The notes under the pieces: model-generated
Databases searched by the model: none
What the model saw: only the letters and a program-made list of their open reading frames with translations
What the model was told of the DNA's origin: nothing
Made by a program: the position numbers and the translations under genes
DNA from: Candidatus Daviesbacteria bacterium
Lineage (GTDB): Bacteria > Patescibacteriota > Microgenomatia > Daviesbacterales > UBA10151
Direction: 5' to 3'
Assembly (NCBI GenBank): GCA_030699125.1
Contig: JAUYKM010000005.1
Coordinates: 1-59,445, forward strand
Length of the DNA: 59,445 nucleotides
Shown: positions 43,801 to 53,120 of the stretch, in pieces
How the letters are laid out: each line of letters opens with the position of its first letter
How positions within the stretch are numbered: the stretch's first letter is position 1

Positions 43801-46800
43801 CATTTTCCGAAGATGGAGAAATTGTGGCTAGAATCAGTTCGCAAACCTATACAGATGAATGGGCCAAAGCCGGGGTAATGATTAAGGAATCAAACACAGC
43901 CGGTGCTCCTTATGTGATGATGGCTACCACCCCTGGCAACGGATTTGCATTTCAATCTGATTTTATCTCGGATATACACGGGGATGTCTACAGTTTCCCC
44001 GAGGCCTGGGTTAAGTTGAAAAGAATCGGCAATACTTTCGTGGCATATAAATCCTCAGATGGAGCCAATTGGATTCAAGTTGGTTCAAAAACTCTGGCAA
44101 TGAATTCCAATGCGGTGGCAGGAATGTTTGTCACCTCTCATAACGGCAGTGCCTTAAGCAGAGTGACCTTTGATAATGTATCAGTAAATGGTGTCAGTGT
44201 CTCGCCGCTCCCTGCACCATGGCTCAGTTCTGATGTGGGTAATCCGGAAATTGCCGGATCAGCCAGTTTTGAAAATGATAAATTCATTGTTAACGGAGCA
44301 GGCATTGATGTATGGGATGTTAATGACCAATTCCACTTTGTCTATCAGGGTTTATCCGGTGATGGGGAAATTGTGAGTAGGGTATTGACCCAGACCAATA
44401 CTAATCCGGATGCCAAGGCAGGAATTATGATTAAGGAGTCAACAGAAGCCTTTTCTCCATATGCATTTTTGTCTGTAACACCCACCAATGGGGTTCGTTT
44501 TCAATATAACTTTAACGGTGAACTGATTGACGGCACCTCAACTTATCCAGTTTGGCTTAAGCTAAAGAGATTTGGCACCACTATCACAGCCTATTCCTCA
44601 GTAGATGGCCTAAATTGGACTGAGATAGGAGCAACCAATATTGCCATGCCTGCTAACGCTCTCGTTGGTTTGGCAGTAACCTCCCATGATCCGCTGGTTT
44701 TGGGAACTGCCGAATTTGACAATGTTAGTGTTACTAAGGCTTCTGCACTTCCACAGCCGTGGCAGAATACTGATGTTGGCTTTTCTCTGCCTGGCGGTTC
44801 AGCCAGTTTTGAGGGGGAAATCTTCACTGTTAATGGCGGGGGTAATGATATTTGGGGCACCACAGATGAATTCCATTATGCATATCAGTACCTTTCAGGT
44901 GATATTGAATTTATTGCCAAGGTTAACTCCCAAACAAATACTGATCCCTGGGCTAAATCAGGACTGATGATTAAGCAGTCAACAAGTGCGCTTTCTCCTT
45001 ATGTACTTTTGGCTGTCACGCCGGAGAACGGGGTACACCTGCAGTCCAACTTTGTCTCTGATATAGGAGGTGGGCCGTACTCCTTCCCGGTTTGGCTTAA
45101 ATTAAAAAGAGTGGGCGATCTATTCACGGCTTACACATCAGCTGACGGCGTAATCTGGACAGAAGTGGGATCAACTACTCTGGCTATGTCTCCAAATGCC
45201 ACATTAGGCTTGGCTGTTAACTCTCATAACGGATCTCTCCTTAATACCACTCAATTTGAAAATGTCACTATCCTGGATGTTTCCTCACCGGTAGTATCTA
45301 TCACCAATCCCCTAGACGGAAGTGTGGTTGAACCAGGTACTATTGTTAATATTACTGCCGATGCTACAGATAATTTAACTATTACCAATTTAGAATTTTA
45401 TGTTGATGATGCCCTTTTAGGAACAGATAATAGTGCCCCCTATGAAATTGCCTGGGACACCACTAATCTTTCAGGACCGCATACCATTTTTGCCAAGGCT
45501 TATGATTCAGAAGGAAATATTGGTACCTCTTCCACTATCACCGCCAGTGTTGAACCGCCTATTGAAGTATTCTCTGATAGCTTTGAGACAACAGTACCTG
45601 TTTGGGGGGCTAACTGGACAGAAGATGCTCAGGGTGACTGGTTCCAGTCCACTCAAAGGGCTACCAATGGTGCCACTTCTGCCGAAGTTGATGGCATAGC
45701 TACTGATGCTCAGCTTATTTCCAATGATATTAACATGCAGGGTCGAACACAGGCTGATATTTCCTTTTCCTGGTTTATCGAGCCTACCCTGGATTTGGGA
45801 GAATATCTGGCTTTTGATGTATCAGAAGATGGGGGAGTCACCTGGACAGAAAAAGCCAAACTACAAGGGGACATAGATTTAGAAAACTCCTGGCATGCTG
45901 TGAATGTGCAAATGACAAATGTATCCAGCCTTAAGCTAAGATTCAGAGCTAATATGAATGAGTCAGCAGAAGATGCTGATGTGGATAATGTTAAGGTGAT
46001 GGCTGGAGTACTTCCTCCTCCTGACCCTGTTCTCTATAGTGAGAGTTTTGAGGTAACTACTCCTGTCTGGGGCGGCAACTGGGCAGAGGATGCCCAGGGT
46101 GACTGGTTTCAGTCCACTCAAAGAGCCACTAACGGCTCATTTTCAGCAGAAGTGGATGGTTTAGCTACTGATGCTCAGCTTATTTCCTCTCCCATTGACC
46201 TGCAGGGAAATAATAGTGCCACTGTTTTGTTTTCCTGGCTGATTGAGCCAACTCTAGATTTGGGAGAATATATAGCCTTTGATATATCAACTGACGGGGG
46301 AGTGACCTGGAATGAGAAAGCTAAGCTGCAAGGTGATATTGATTTGGAAAATAGTTGGCAGGATGTATCTTTAGAGCTTATTAATATACCAAATTTGCAG
46401 TTTCGCTTCAGAGCCTTCATGAATGAATCAGCTGAAGACGCTGATGTGGATAATATTAGAGTTTTGGGTAAAAATGTCACACCTCCTCCCGGCAATACTG
46501 CACCGGTGGCTGATAATCAAAACCTGCAGACAAATGAGGATGTTGCCTTACCGATTACTCTGACTGCTACTGATCTGGATGGTCAAACTTTAAATTATAG
46601 TATTGTCACACCTCCAGCTAACGGGGTACTTACCGGCACTGCACCTAATTTAACCTACACACCGAATGCCAACTTTTCCGGAGCAGATCTCTTTAGTTTT
46701 AAAGCCAATGATGGATTTTTGGACAGCAATGTTGCCACAGTGAACATTGATGTTTTAGCCTTAAATGACAATCCCAATATCAGTTCATCTGCACCCACTG

Positions 46801-47957
46801 CTGCTTTTGTAGATACTTTATACAGCTACGATGTGGAGGCTCAGGATCCGGATGCAGACAGCTTAGTTTACAGCTTAACTATTTCTCCTTTGGGGATGAG
46901 TATTGATTCATCTACCGGCTTGATCCAATGGATACCGCTTGATTCTCAGCAGGGAGATCATAGTGTGGTGGTGAATGTCATAGATAATAATGGCGGAAGT
47001 GCTGACCAGTCATATACTTTGGCAGTCACTCCATTAATAACAGATCCTCTGGAGGTTTTCTCTGATAGCTTTGAGACAACAGTACCTGTCTGGGGCGGGC
47101 AGTGGGCAGAGGATGCCCAGGGTGACTGGTTTCAGTCCACTCAAAGAGCCACTAACGGCTCATTTTCAGCAGAAGTGGATGGTTTAGCTACTGATGCTCA
47201 GCTTATTTCCAATACCATAGATTTACAAGGCAGATCCCAGGCCACCATTACCTATTCCTGGTTTATTGAACCATCACTTGATTTGGGTGATTATATAGCC
47301 TTTGATGTATCAGAAGATGGGGGAGTAACCTGGACAGAAAAAGCCAAACTACAAGGGGATGTAGACACAGAGAATGTCTGGCACGATGTATCAATTGAGG
47401 TAGTTGGTGCCACTAACTTGAAATTAAGATTTAGAGGCAATATGGTTGATGGAGTTGAGGACGCAGATGTGGATAATGTTAAGGTTACGGCAGGAATATT
47501 ACCACCTCCTCCACCAATACTTTTTTCCGATAGCTTTGAGAACGGTCAGTGGAATGGATTATGGATTGAGGATGTTCAAAATGACTGGTTAACTTCCACT
47601 CAGAGAGCCACCAATGGCTCATTTTCAGCGGAAGTGGATGGGCTAGCTACCAATGCCACTATTACCTCAATTCCCGTTGATCTGCAGGGTAATAGCGATG
47701 TAACTATTTCTTTCTCCTGGCTGATTGAATCTACTCTGGATCTGGGTGAATATCTGGCTTTTGATGTATCAACTGATGGTGGAGCAACCTGGGTGGAAAT
47801 GGCTAAGTTAGACGGCGATGTTGATACGGAAAATATCTGGCACAGTGAGAGTATAACCTTAAATGGAATTAGCAGTCTACAAATTAGATTTAGAGCCAGT
47901 ATGGATGCAGGTACAGAGGATGCTGATGTTGATATGGTTAAAATCACTGCCCCCTGA
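40851..47957 (+). CDS. Giant (2368 aa) secreted paralogue: GSDH-like propeller, PKD, 4 lectin-like modules, Ig/cadherin-like domains, 4 repeats of a ~150-aa beta-sandwich
   Basis: GLRNPFR, NFGWP, YNWDFGD; four PW..DVG/DIG..AKAGxMIK repeats; DSFSFKSNDG; four FSDSFE...QRATNG...DADVDNV repeats. Confidence 0.88.
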   Translation: MNRLITFLINYMGVNFLLLFIILMVFLVTGVVSPAFALPPADFDKIKVIGNLQDPTAFRFAPNGDIYIALQSGQIVILRGGVLLPTPVISLNADSFNEKGLLGMELDPNFAANGYIYVSYTSLADGFARISRITVVNDIADSSSEVMFGQSNQTADIFHNANDVRVGPDGKIWWLIGDNLQPANSQSLSNVHGKVHRFDMDLSSANDNPWHGKSGQGITDSIYALGLRNPFRMTFLPNGKAITGDVGSNISEEFNVVEPGANFGWPNVEGDCGACGYANPIYSYVHGGFGAAVTGMAIYNGTAFPSQFQNVLFYGDYAKGVIRYLVFDESYGSVLSDNSFDDDAGTVVDIHQGPDGNLYYLGIFEKTLWKIIPAGGNRTPIAQASADPIAGLAPLIVNFSSSGSLDPDGTPLAYNWDFGDTTTSTDANPIHTYNTNGTYNVVLTVSDGEKTAQAAVTVTVGNELPNAEINTPIDAFKYNAGWQIDFSGLGTDPEDGNLPDSAFSWTIVFHHAQHIHPFEGPFNGIKNGSFVIPFNIAQEHDTWYRIELTVTDSAGLKRKVTRDIFPNLAQLTIQSNVAGTQFLVDGKLYTEAFTSQEVVGVNHGVAALTPQFIGTDKYRFESWSDGGAAIHTIVVPETDSIFTVNYRLVTPPPPPWQAIDVGNPALFGNTDFSLADNSFYIEGAGWDIWDMTDQFHYMYQNLDGNGEIIARITSLSNIDPFTKVGLMIKESIAPLSSYAMVALTPINGTLFQYNFNGSQGGLEMPYTLPAWAKLVREGNKFTSYISPDGINWTLVGTKTFEMNAQTTVGIFVNSHNGGKLATANFDNVSVNDVLDPPNTPPTALNQIIFTPQDRSVDLTLAAIDPDAGRLAHFLTVNPTHGIVAGTAPQFSYTPEVGFVGTDSFSFKSNDGFSDSNEATISAQVTTAVEPMPAPWTNLDIGSPLMAGSAEFAGGMFFIKGGGDDIWQGVTPDVKVDQFHFVQQPFSEDGEIVARISSQTYTDEWAKAGVMIKESNTAGAPYVMMATTPGNGFAFQSDFISDIHGDVYSFPEAWVKLKRIGNTFVAYKSSDGANWIQVGSKTLAMNSNAVAGMFVTSHNGSALSRVTFDNVSVNGVSVSPLPAPWLSSDVGNPEIAGSASFENDKFIVNGAGIDVWDVNDQFHFVYQGLSGDGEIVSRVLTQTNTNPDAKAGIMIKESTEAFSPYAFLSVTPTNGVRFQYNFNGELIDGTSTYPVWLKLKRFGTTITAYSSVDGLNWTEIGATNIAMPANALVGLAVTSHDPLVLGTAEFDNVSVTKASALPQPWQNTDVGFSLPGGSASFEGEIFTVNGGGNDIWGTTDEFHYAYQYLSGDIEFIAKVNSQTNTDPWAKSGLMIKQSTSALSPYVLLAVTPENGVHLQSNFVSDIGGGPYSFPVWLKLKRVGDLFTAYTSADGVIWTEVGSTTLAMSPNATLGLAVNSHNGSLLNTTQFENVTILDVSSPVVSITNPLDGSVVEPGTIVNITADATDNLTITNLEFYVDDALLGTDNSAPYEIAWDTTNLSGPHTIFAKAYDSEGNIGTSSTITASVEPPIEVFSDSFETTVPVWGANWTEDAQGDWFQSTQRATNGATSAEVDGIATDAQLISNDINMQGRTQADISFSWFIEPTLDLGEYLAFDVSEDGGVTWTEKAKLQGDIDLENSWHAVNVQMTNVSSLKLRFRANMNESAEDADVDNVKVMAGVLPPPDPVLYSESFEVTTPVWGGNWAEDAQGDWFQSTQRATNGSFSAEVDGLATDAQLISSPIDLQGNNSATVLFSWLIEPTLDLGEYIAFDISTDGGVTWNEKAKLQGDIDLENSWQDVSLELINIPNLQFRFRAFMNESAEDADVDNIRVLGKNVTPPPGNTAPVADNQNLQTNEDVALPITLTATDLDGQTLNYSIVTPPANGVLTGTAPNLTYTPNANFSGADLFSFKANDGFLDSNVATVNIDVLALNDNPNISSSAPTAAFVDTLYSYDVEAQDPDADSLVYSLTISPLGMSIDSSTGLIQWIPLDSQQGDHSVVVNVIDNNGGSADQSYTLAVTPLITDPLEVFSDSFETTVPVWGGQWAEDAQGDWFQSTQRATNGSFSAEVDGLATDAQLISNTIDLQGRSQATITYSWFIEPSLDLGDYIAFDVSEDGGVTWTEKAKLQGDVDTENVWHDVSIEVVGATNLKLRFRGNMVDGVEDADVDNVKVTAGILPPPPPILFSDSFENGQWNGLWIEDVQNDWLTSTQRATNGSFSAEVDGLATNATITSIPVDLQGNSDVTISFSWLIESTLDLGEYLAFDVSTDGGATWVEMAKLDGDVDTENIWHSESITLNGISSLQIRFRASMDAGTEDADVDMVKITAP

Positions 47958-47962
47958 TTATT

Positions 47963-48676
47963 ATGAGCAAACTAGAGAGTCTATCTGTTTTCTTTCCTGC
48001 ATACAATGAAGAATTAAATATTGCTCCCACCATCAGAAAATCCTTGTCAGTTTTGGATGGTTTAAAACTATCTGATTATGAGGTTTTAATTATTAATGAT
48101 GGCTCAACGGATACCACAGCCGACGTTTCTCACCAGCTAATGAAGGAATGCGCAAAGGTAAGGTTAATAGATCATGATAGAAATAGGGGCTATGGCGGGG
48201 CTTTAAAGACCGGTTTTGAAAACGCATCTTTTCCCTGGGTAGCTTTTGCTGATTCGGACGGCCAATTTGATTTTGCGGAAATTGATAAGTTTTTACCTTA
48301 TATAGACTCAGCAGATTTAATCCTGGGTTATCGTCTAAATAGGGCAGATCCCCTAATAAGAAGTCTGACTACTTGGGGCTGGAAAAATTTGGCCAGAATT
48401 TTAGTGGGACTTGAAGCAAAAGACTATTCCTGCGGCTTTAAAATGATCAAAAAAGAGGTTTATGAAGCTGTTAGCCCCTTAGTAGGTGAGGAAAAAGTCA
48501 CTCAGATTGAACTTCTAACTAAGGCAAAAAAGCAGGGTTTTAGATTTAAAGAGGTGGGAGTAAATCATTACCCCAGAGTTTATGGTCAGCAAACAGGAGC
48601 AGATTTAAAGGTGGTAGCTAAAAGTTTCGTTGATCTTATGAATTTGCGCGGTCAGTTGAATAAATCACCCCGCTAA
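47963..48676 (+). CDS. GT2 glycosyltransferase (polyprenol-phosphate mannose synthase-like)
   Basis: FFPAYNEE, INDGSTD, NRGYGGALKTG, DSDGQF, DYSCGFK. Confidence 0.92.
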   Translation: MSKLESLSVFFPAYNEELNIAPTIRKSLSVLDGLKLSDYEVLIINDGSTDTTADVSHQLMKECAKVRLIDHDRNRGYGGALKTGFENASFPWVAFADSDGQFDFAEIDKFLPYIDSADLILGYRLNRADPLIRSLTTWGWKNLARILVGLEAKDYSCGFKMIKKEVYEAVSPLVGEEKVTQIELLTKAKKQGFRFKEVGVNHYPRVYGQQTGADLKVVAKSFVDLMNLRGQLNKSPR

Positions 48677-48677
48677 T

Positions 48678-49421
48678 TTAGGATGTTTTTCTCACAGAAT
48701 ACTCAGCTGCTCCCAGGGAATTGATTGCTACCTCAATATCCCATCCTAGTGAATTTTTGCCCTTTCCCTTGACAGTTAGCAAATCAATATTCGAAGATTT
48801 TTCCCCAGGTGTCACAGTCATATTAAAAGGAAGGGTAAAGAATTTATTAGCAGCTCTGAGAAGTTCCGCAATCCTTGTTACTTCTTCTTCAGATCTCTCC
48901 ACAGTTTTTTCCAGAGAGCTCTCCACAGTTTTACCTGGAGTACTCTCGGTAGATTTTTGGATGGATTTTTCTGAAGATTTTGAGGGATCATCTTTTTGCG
49001 GCTTGAAGTGTTTTTTTAGATCTCCTTTTGCTACTTCATCCAATCCATTAACGTAAACGGTAAACTGGGAGTATCTTCCTCCTGGCTCATAAACCACATT
49101 TACCGCTACATCTGTTATATCTTTCTCCTCTTGCCCGAATTCGTTATGTTCAAGTGAAAATTTCCACTGCACGCCGTTATTAATAGCAGCTGGTCTGATG
49201 GATTTGTAGTTTCCTGTATAGGGTGGGTTTATTGAAGAAGAAATTATTTCTTCCAAATCAGATCTTTTTAATCTGTCTCCCTCAGTTGGAGAGGAAGGAG
49301 TAATAAGACTAACCGATCTTGGTTCTTTAATTTCCTTCGGAGTGCAACCTAAAGCTGCCAGATAGGTTAAGCTCACAGCAGCAGCTAAGCTGGTGATTGT
49401 TAATCTTTCTTTGCTATTCAT
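48678..49421 (-). CDS. Putative lipoprotein, hypothetical
   Basis: LAALG-C lipobox; low-complexity S/E/K insert with 24-nt periodic repeat (48895, 48919). Confidence 0.7.
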   Translation of the reverse strand: MNSKERLTITSLAAAVSLTYLAALGCTPKEIKEPRSVSLITPSSPTEGDRLKRSDLEEIISSSINPPYTGNYKSIRPAAINNGVQWKFSLEHNEFGQEEKDITDVAVNVVYEPGGRYSQFTVYVNGLDEVAKGDLKKHFKPQKDDPSKSSEKSIQKSTESTPGKTVESSLEKTVERSEEEVTRIAELLRAANKFFTLPFNMTVTPGEKSSNIDLLTVKGKGKNSLGWDIEVAINSLGAAEYSVRKTS

Positions 49422-49553
49422 TGCAGTATATTTACTCTTTTTAAGTACTTTTTGTCAAGGCCGAATAATCACCACTATTGGGTATTGACAGAGGCAGTTT
49501 TTTTTTGATAGTCTACATTATAATTTGCTACCTATAAAATAGGCTATAAATAT

Positions 49554-50245
49554 ATGAAAGAAAAACTACAAAACTTAATGAACGGACCAGTGTTTAAAGG
49601 AGTAAGTCTGGTTACTGCGATAGCTTAGGAACGACGCTGGGTACAGTAGGATCAATGGAGGCCCCAAGAGCCCTTGGAGAAGCAGTTTCTAACGGTAATC
49701 GTACCTCTACTATTCGTCTTCCTGAAACCACAGTTATTAATCAAGTAGAAGAAAGTCAAGTTCAAGCTTTAGAGAGATTTGTCAACGGGGCAATATCCCC
49801 ATCTGTTCACAAATTAGACCTTAATTCCCCGGAACTCAGACGTAGTTTACTAGACTTTAGAAGAACGATTTTGCCAAACGGAACCAGTTGGGATTTAGGC
49901 TGGACATTAGGATATTGCTGCCCCATTGATCTTAATCCAGGTAAGGTAAAAATAGATGTTACATTAACCACCAGGGGTAGGAATGAAGTTGATAATTATA
50001 CTTTGAATATTTATGGCCTGGATGAGATCAAGGGAGAATACTTTAAGCCAGTATCGTCAAAAAATTTATTTAAAGCAAGTTTTGATTTTTTTAACCTTCC
50101 CCCAAATTTGCATTGGTTACCTCCTAAGAAACCCGGAGATGACGGCATCATTATTCTGGAGGCATCGGGGACTGATTTAGATGGAAATACTGTAAAATAT
50201 ACCATTAACTCTGCTGGCGTTGCCCAACTGATAGTTACCAGATAA
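49554..50245 (+). pseudogene. Frameshifted paralogue of the 48678-49421 gene (signal peptide split from body)
   Basis: ATG 49554 MKEKLQ...VTAIA* stops at 49626; adding one T (gct-tta) joins LGTTLGTVGS to the 49655 ORF. Confidence 0.6.
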
Positions 50246-50255
50246 AAAAATATTA

Positions 50256-51611
50256 TTATCTAGAAGATGCTTTGATGAAAATAACACCCTTAGGTTCAAT
50301 AGTGGCTTTAAGCTGATCAGAGGATGAACCTAAATCCTTCCTATTCCAAAGATCACGTACAACTACTGGTCCTGGCAGGCCAATCTCTTTCCAAGCAAAG
50401 TTTACTTCCCGGCTTCTGGATGTACTATTAAAAAGCAAAATAGCCTTTTCCCGGGAATTTTCTAACTCCTTAACCCAGATTTGAAGTCCGGCAGTATCAG
50501 AAATTTTAGTTCCCGGACGCCCCTTTCGATCTTGATTAATGGCAATTACCTCTCCATTTAATAAAATATCTTTAGTGGACTGTGACATATTCCTAACATC
50601 ATTTCCAGCAATTAAAGGTGAGGCAGTAATTGCCCAGACAGAGAAATGTGACCTGGCTTCGGTTTCAGTTAAGCTTTTGTTGCCGACTCTTAACATATCC
50701 GCATCACTCCAGCGTCCGGGACCGGAAAAGGGGATTGACTCCTGCAAATGTGACTGATTGATAATCCCTAAAACGCTATGCTCGGATCCATCCCACTGAT
50801 CATGAATATCCGGTCCCACTCTCCACATATGTGGCCGGGCTGCATCTGGCCACTTCCAGGAGGTTGCACATCCACCGCAGCTGATGGAAAGCACCATTGG
50901 TCTGCCGGATTTTTTAATGGCATCGCTGTAGAGCTTAACGGTTTTCTGAGCTCCCTCGAAAGGGTAGTCCTTTGGCTCTCCACACCAGTCTATTTTTAAA
51001 AAATCCACTCCCCAGGAAGCATAGAATTTAACATCCTGTTCCTCGTGATTGTAACTGCCTGCTCTTTTAACATCGGTCTGACAACCGCTGCTGCCAACAG
51101 AAGTATAAATACCAAATTTTAATCCTTTTGAGTGAACATAGTCAGTCAACTCCTTAATTCCACCGGGAAAATTCTTAGTATCTATTTTAATTGTACCATC
51201 CGGGTTTCGCTCAGTTGATTGCCAGCCTTCATCTAAATTAATATATTCATAGCCTGCTTCCCTCATACAGTTTTGAGACATGGCATCTGCTACCTCCTTG
51301 ATTATTTTTTCATTAACATTATAACCAAAGCCATTAAAACCATTCCAACCCATAGGAGGGGTTTGGGCCAACTCATCAAAAGATTTGGCTTCTTGTTTGA
51401 CTCTTTTCTCTAAACCGTATCTCCCGTAGCAGTCTAGATCTCCAGGGATAGTTTGCGGTGTGGATGGGGAAACAGGGGTTTCTCTTGGAGGAGGAGCAGA
51501 CTGACAAGCAGCTAATCCCATAATGGATGCCAAAAGTAGCTGTCTTCCTAAACGCGCCGGATTTGATCTTTTAATCTGATCTAGTAAATCACCTTTATTT
51601 AATCTTTCCAT
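50256..51611 (-). CDS. GH27 alpha-galactosidase-like lipoprotein
   Basis: GLAA-C lipobox; TPPMGWN, INLDEGW, GLKFGIY, FLKIDWC, WRVGPDI, WSDADML, melibiase C-terminal domain. Confidence 0.92.
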   Translation of the reverse strand: MERLNKGDLLDQIKRSNPARLGRQLLLASIMGLAACQSAPPPRETPVSPSTPQTIPGDLDCYGRYGLEKRVKQEAKSFDELAQTPPMGWNGFNGFGYNVNEKIIKEVADAMSQNCMREAGYEYINLDEGWQSTERNPDGTIKIDTKNFPGGIKELTDYVHSKGLKFGIYTSVGSSGCQTDVKRAGSYNHEEQDVKFYASWGVDFLKIDWCGEPKDYPFEGAQKTVKLYSDAIKKSGRPMVLSISCGGCATSWKWPDAARPHMWRVGPDIHDQWDGSEHSVLGIINQSHLQESIPFSGPGRWSDADMLRVGNKSLTETEARSHFSVWAITASPLIAGNDVRNMSQSTKDILLNGEVIAINQDRKGRPGTKISDTAGLQIWVKELENSREKAILLFNSTSRSREVNFAWKEIGLPGPVVVRDLWNRKDLGSSSDQLKATIEPKGVIFIKASSR

Positions 51612-51727
51612 AAATTATTAGGCTGTTTATAGTACTTTTTAAAAGCTTTTTAAAGTTTTTTAAAGTTTTTTGGAAAATATCATATTATGAGTTTCCTGTC
51701 AATACTTAAAACTATATTTTACTTTAC

Positions 51728-52891
51728 ATGATTTCATATACTTATATATATTCCTATCTATTTATAGTTTTAGTTTATGAGATAGAAAATTCAGGCTATT
51801 TATCACCCTACGGTTCCTATCCTATTTCCTATAAGGATTATGTTGGGATAGTTGTTCAAAGATACAAGGATAATCCCAATATCTTGATGTGGCAGTTGAT
51901 GAATGAGGCAGAAAGTAAAGATACAGCTGGCACTGAGGATCCTACTTCTCTCTATAATTTTACCAAAGATATATCAGCATACATTAAATCCTTAGATCCT
52001 AATCATCTAGTTAGCCTAGGCACTATGGGTGGTGGTCAACCAGGACAGAGGAATGGCAACTATGTTAAGCTACACTCCCTTAATACAATTGACCTTTTAG
52101 AAGCTCATGATTTTAATAAGGCCACAGAGGTCTTACCAGGATCTCCTCTGCGCTCCAAAATATCTGTCAAATTATATGCCCAGGATAAAAATTCTACCTG
52201 GATCACCCTGGGGAATACCTACAAAACCATAGTGGGAGATTGGACTTTTCTTACGTCTTCTGTACCATCTACCGCTGTCTTACCCCTTAAAAAAATTGGT
52301 TTACATCTAAAAAATGACAGCAGCTATATAGGATCTATCAATATCGATGCCATTTCCATTGGCTCAAATTTTTATTCATTTGAAAACGGCACCAACGAGG
52401 GTTGGCAATATGAAGGTTCGGTTTTCTCCGGACTACAGAATTCTAATACCTTAGCATATGATGGTACAAAATCTTTATCAGCCGCACTTTCCGGAGTTAT
52501 AACTTCCGGAAAGATTTTCACAACAGATACCCAAAACTATGTTTGGGGTACCCCAATTACTATCTCTGTTTACACTCCCGCTGATGTTCCGCTCTCATCC
52601 ACCAATTCTTTGGCAGCTGATTTAAGAATTGCCCAGGATTTAAATAAACCTCTTTTTGTGGGAGAAGCGGGTATAAAGATTAACTGTACTTCATCAAATT
52701 GTTACAGTGCTGATCAGCGGGCTAAATATTTTGAAGATAAAATGAATGCTTTTTTCCAAAATAAGGGAGCAGGCTATATTATCTGGTCATACCGGGATAG
52801 TAAAGGAGAAATCAAAGATTACCAATTTGATCTAAATGATCCACTTATTTCCGTCATATCCAATATTTACAACTCATACATAAAACCCTAG
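51728..52891 (+). pseudogene. 5'-truncated GH5 (beta-mannanase-like) with inserted CBM-like module
   Basis: RYKDNPNILMWQLMNEAE (acid/base) only ~60 aa from the ORF start; DPNHLVSLG, KPLFVGEAG (nucleophile), IWSY. Confidence 0.7.
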
Positions 52892-52912
52892 AATTTCCCT
52901 TTCGTCCTTTTG

Positions 52913-52928
52913 TCCGCCAGCTGGCGGA
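52913..52928. repeat. 16-bp perfect palindrome (REP-like)
   Basis: tccgccagctggcgga between convergent genes. Confidence 0.65.
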
Positions 52929-53120
52929 TGGACTCATCAGCTCCGACACATATCGGAGGAGGGGGAAAGGAGTAAACCTAAGGAGGAGTCAGAGACTCAA
53001 AAACGAAATAAATTGCGCGAACGCAAAAAATTAAGTTTTTCCGATAAAATCGGCTCAATAGTGTTTACACCTTTCTTTCCAACTTTATTCAGTTTGAAAC
53101 CTTCTAAATTTTGTACCTCC

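Noticed and set aside
46080-47210. 108-bp identical repeat as a DGR template/variable pair
   Set aside because: The copies are identical coding repeats with no adenine-specific differences, and there is no reverse transcriptase.
51640-51672. tttttaaag tandem run
   Set aside because: Low-complexity AT-rich sequence with no supportable function.
52990-53110. SD-like aaggaggt followed by a ~37-codon open frame after the GT2 gene (minus strand)
   Set aside because: No start codon and no recognisable motif.
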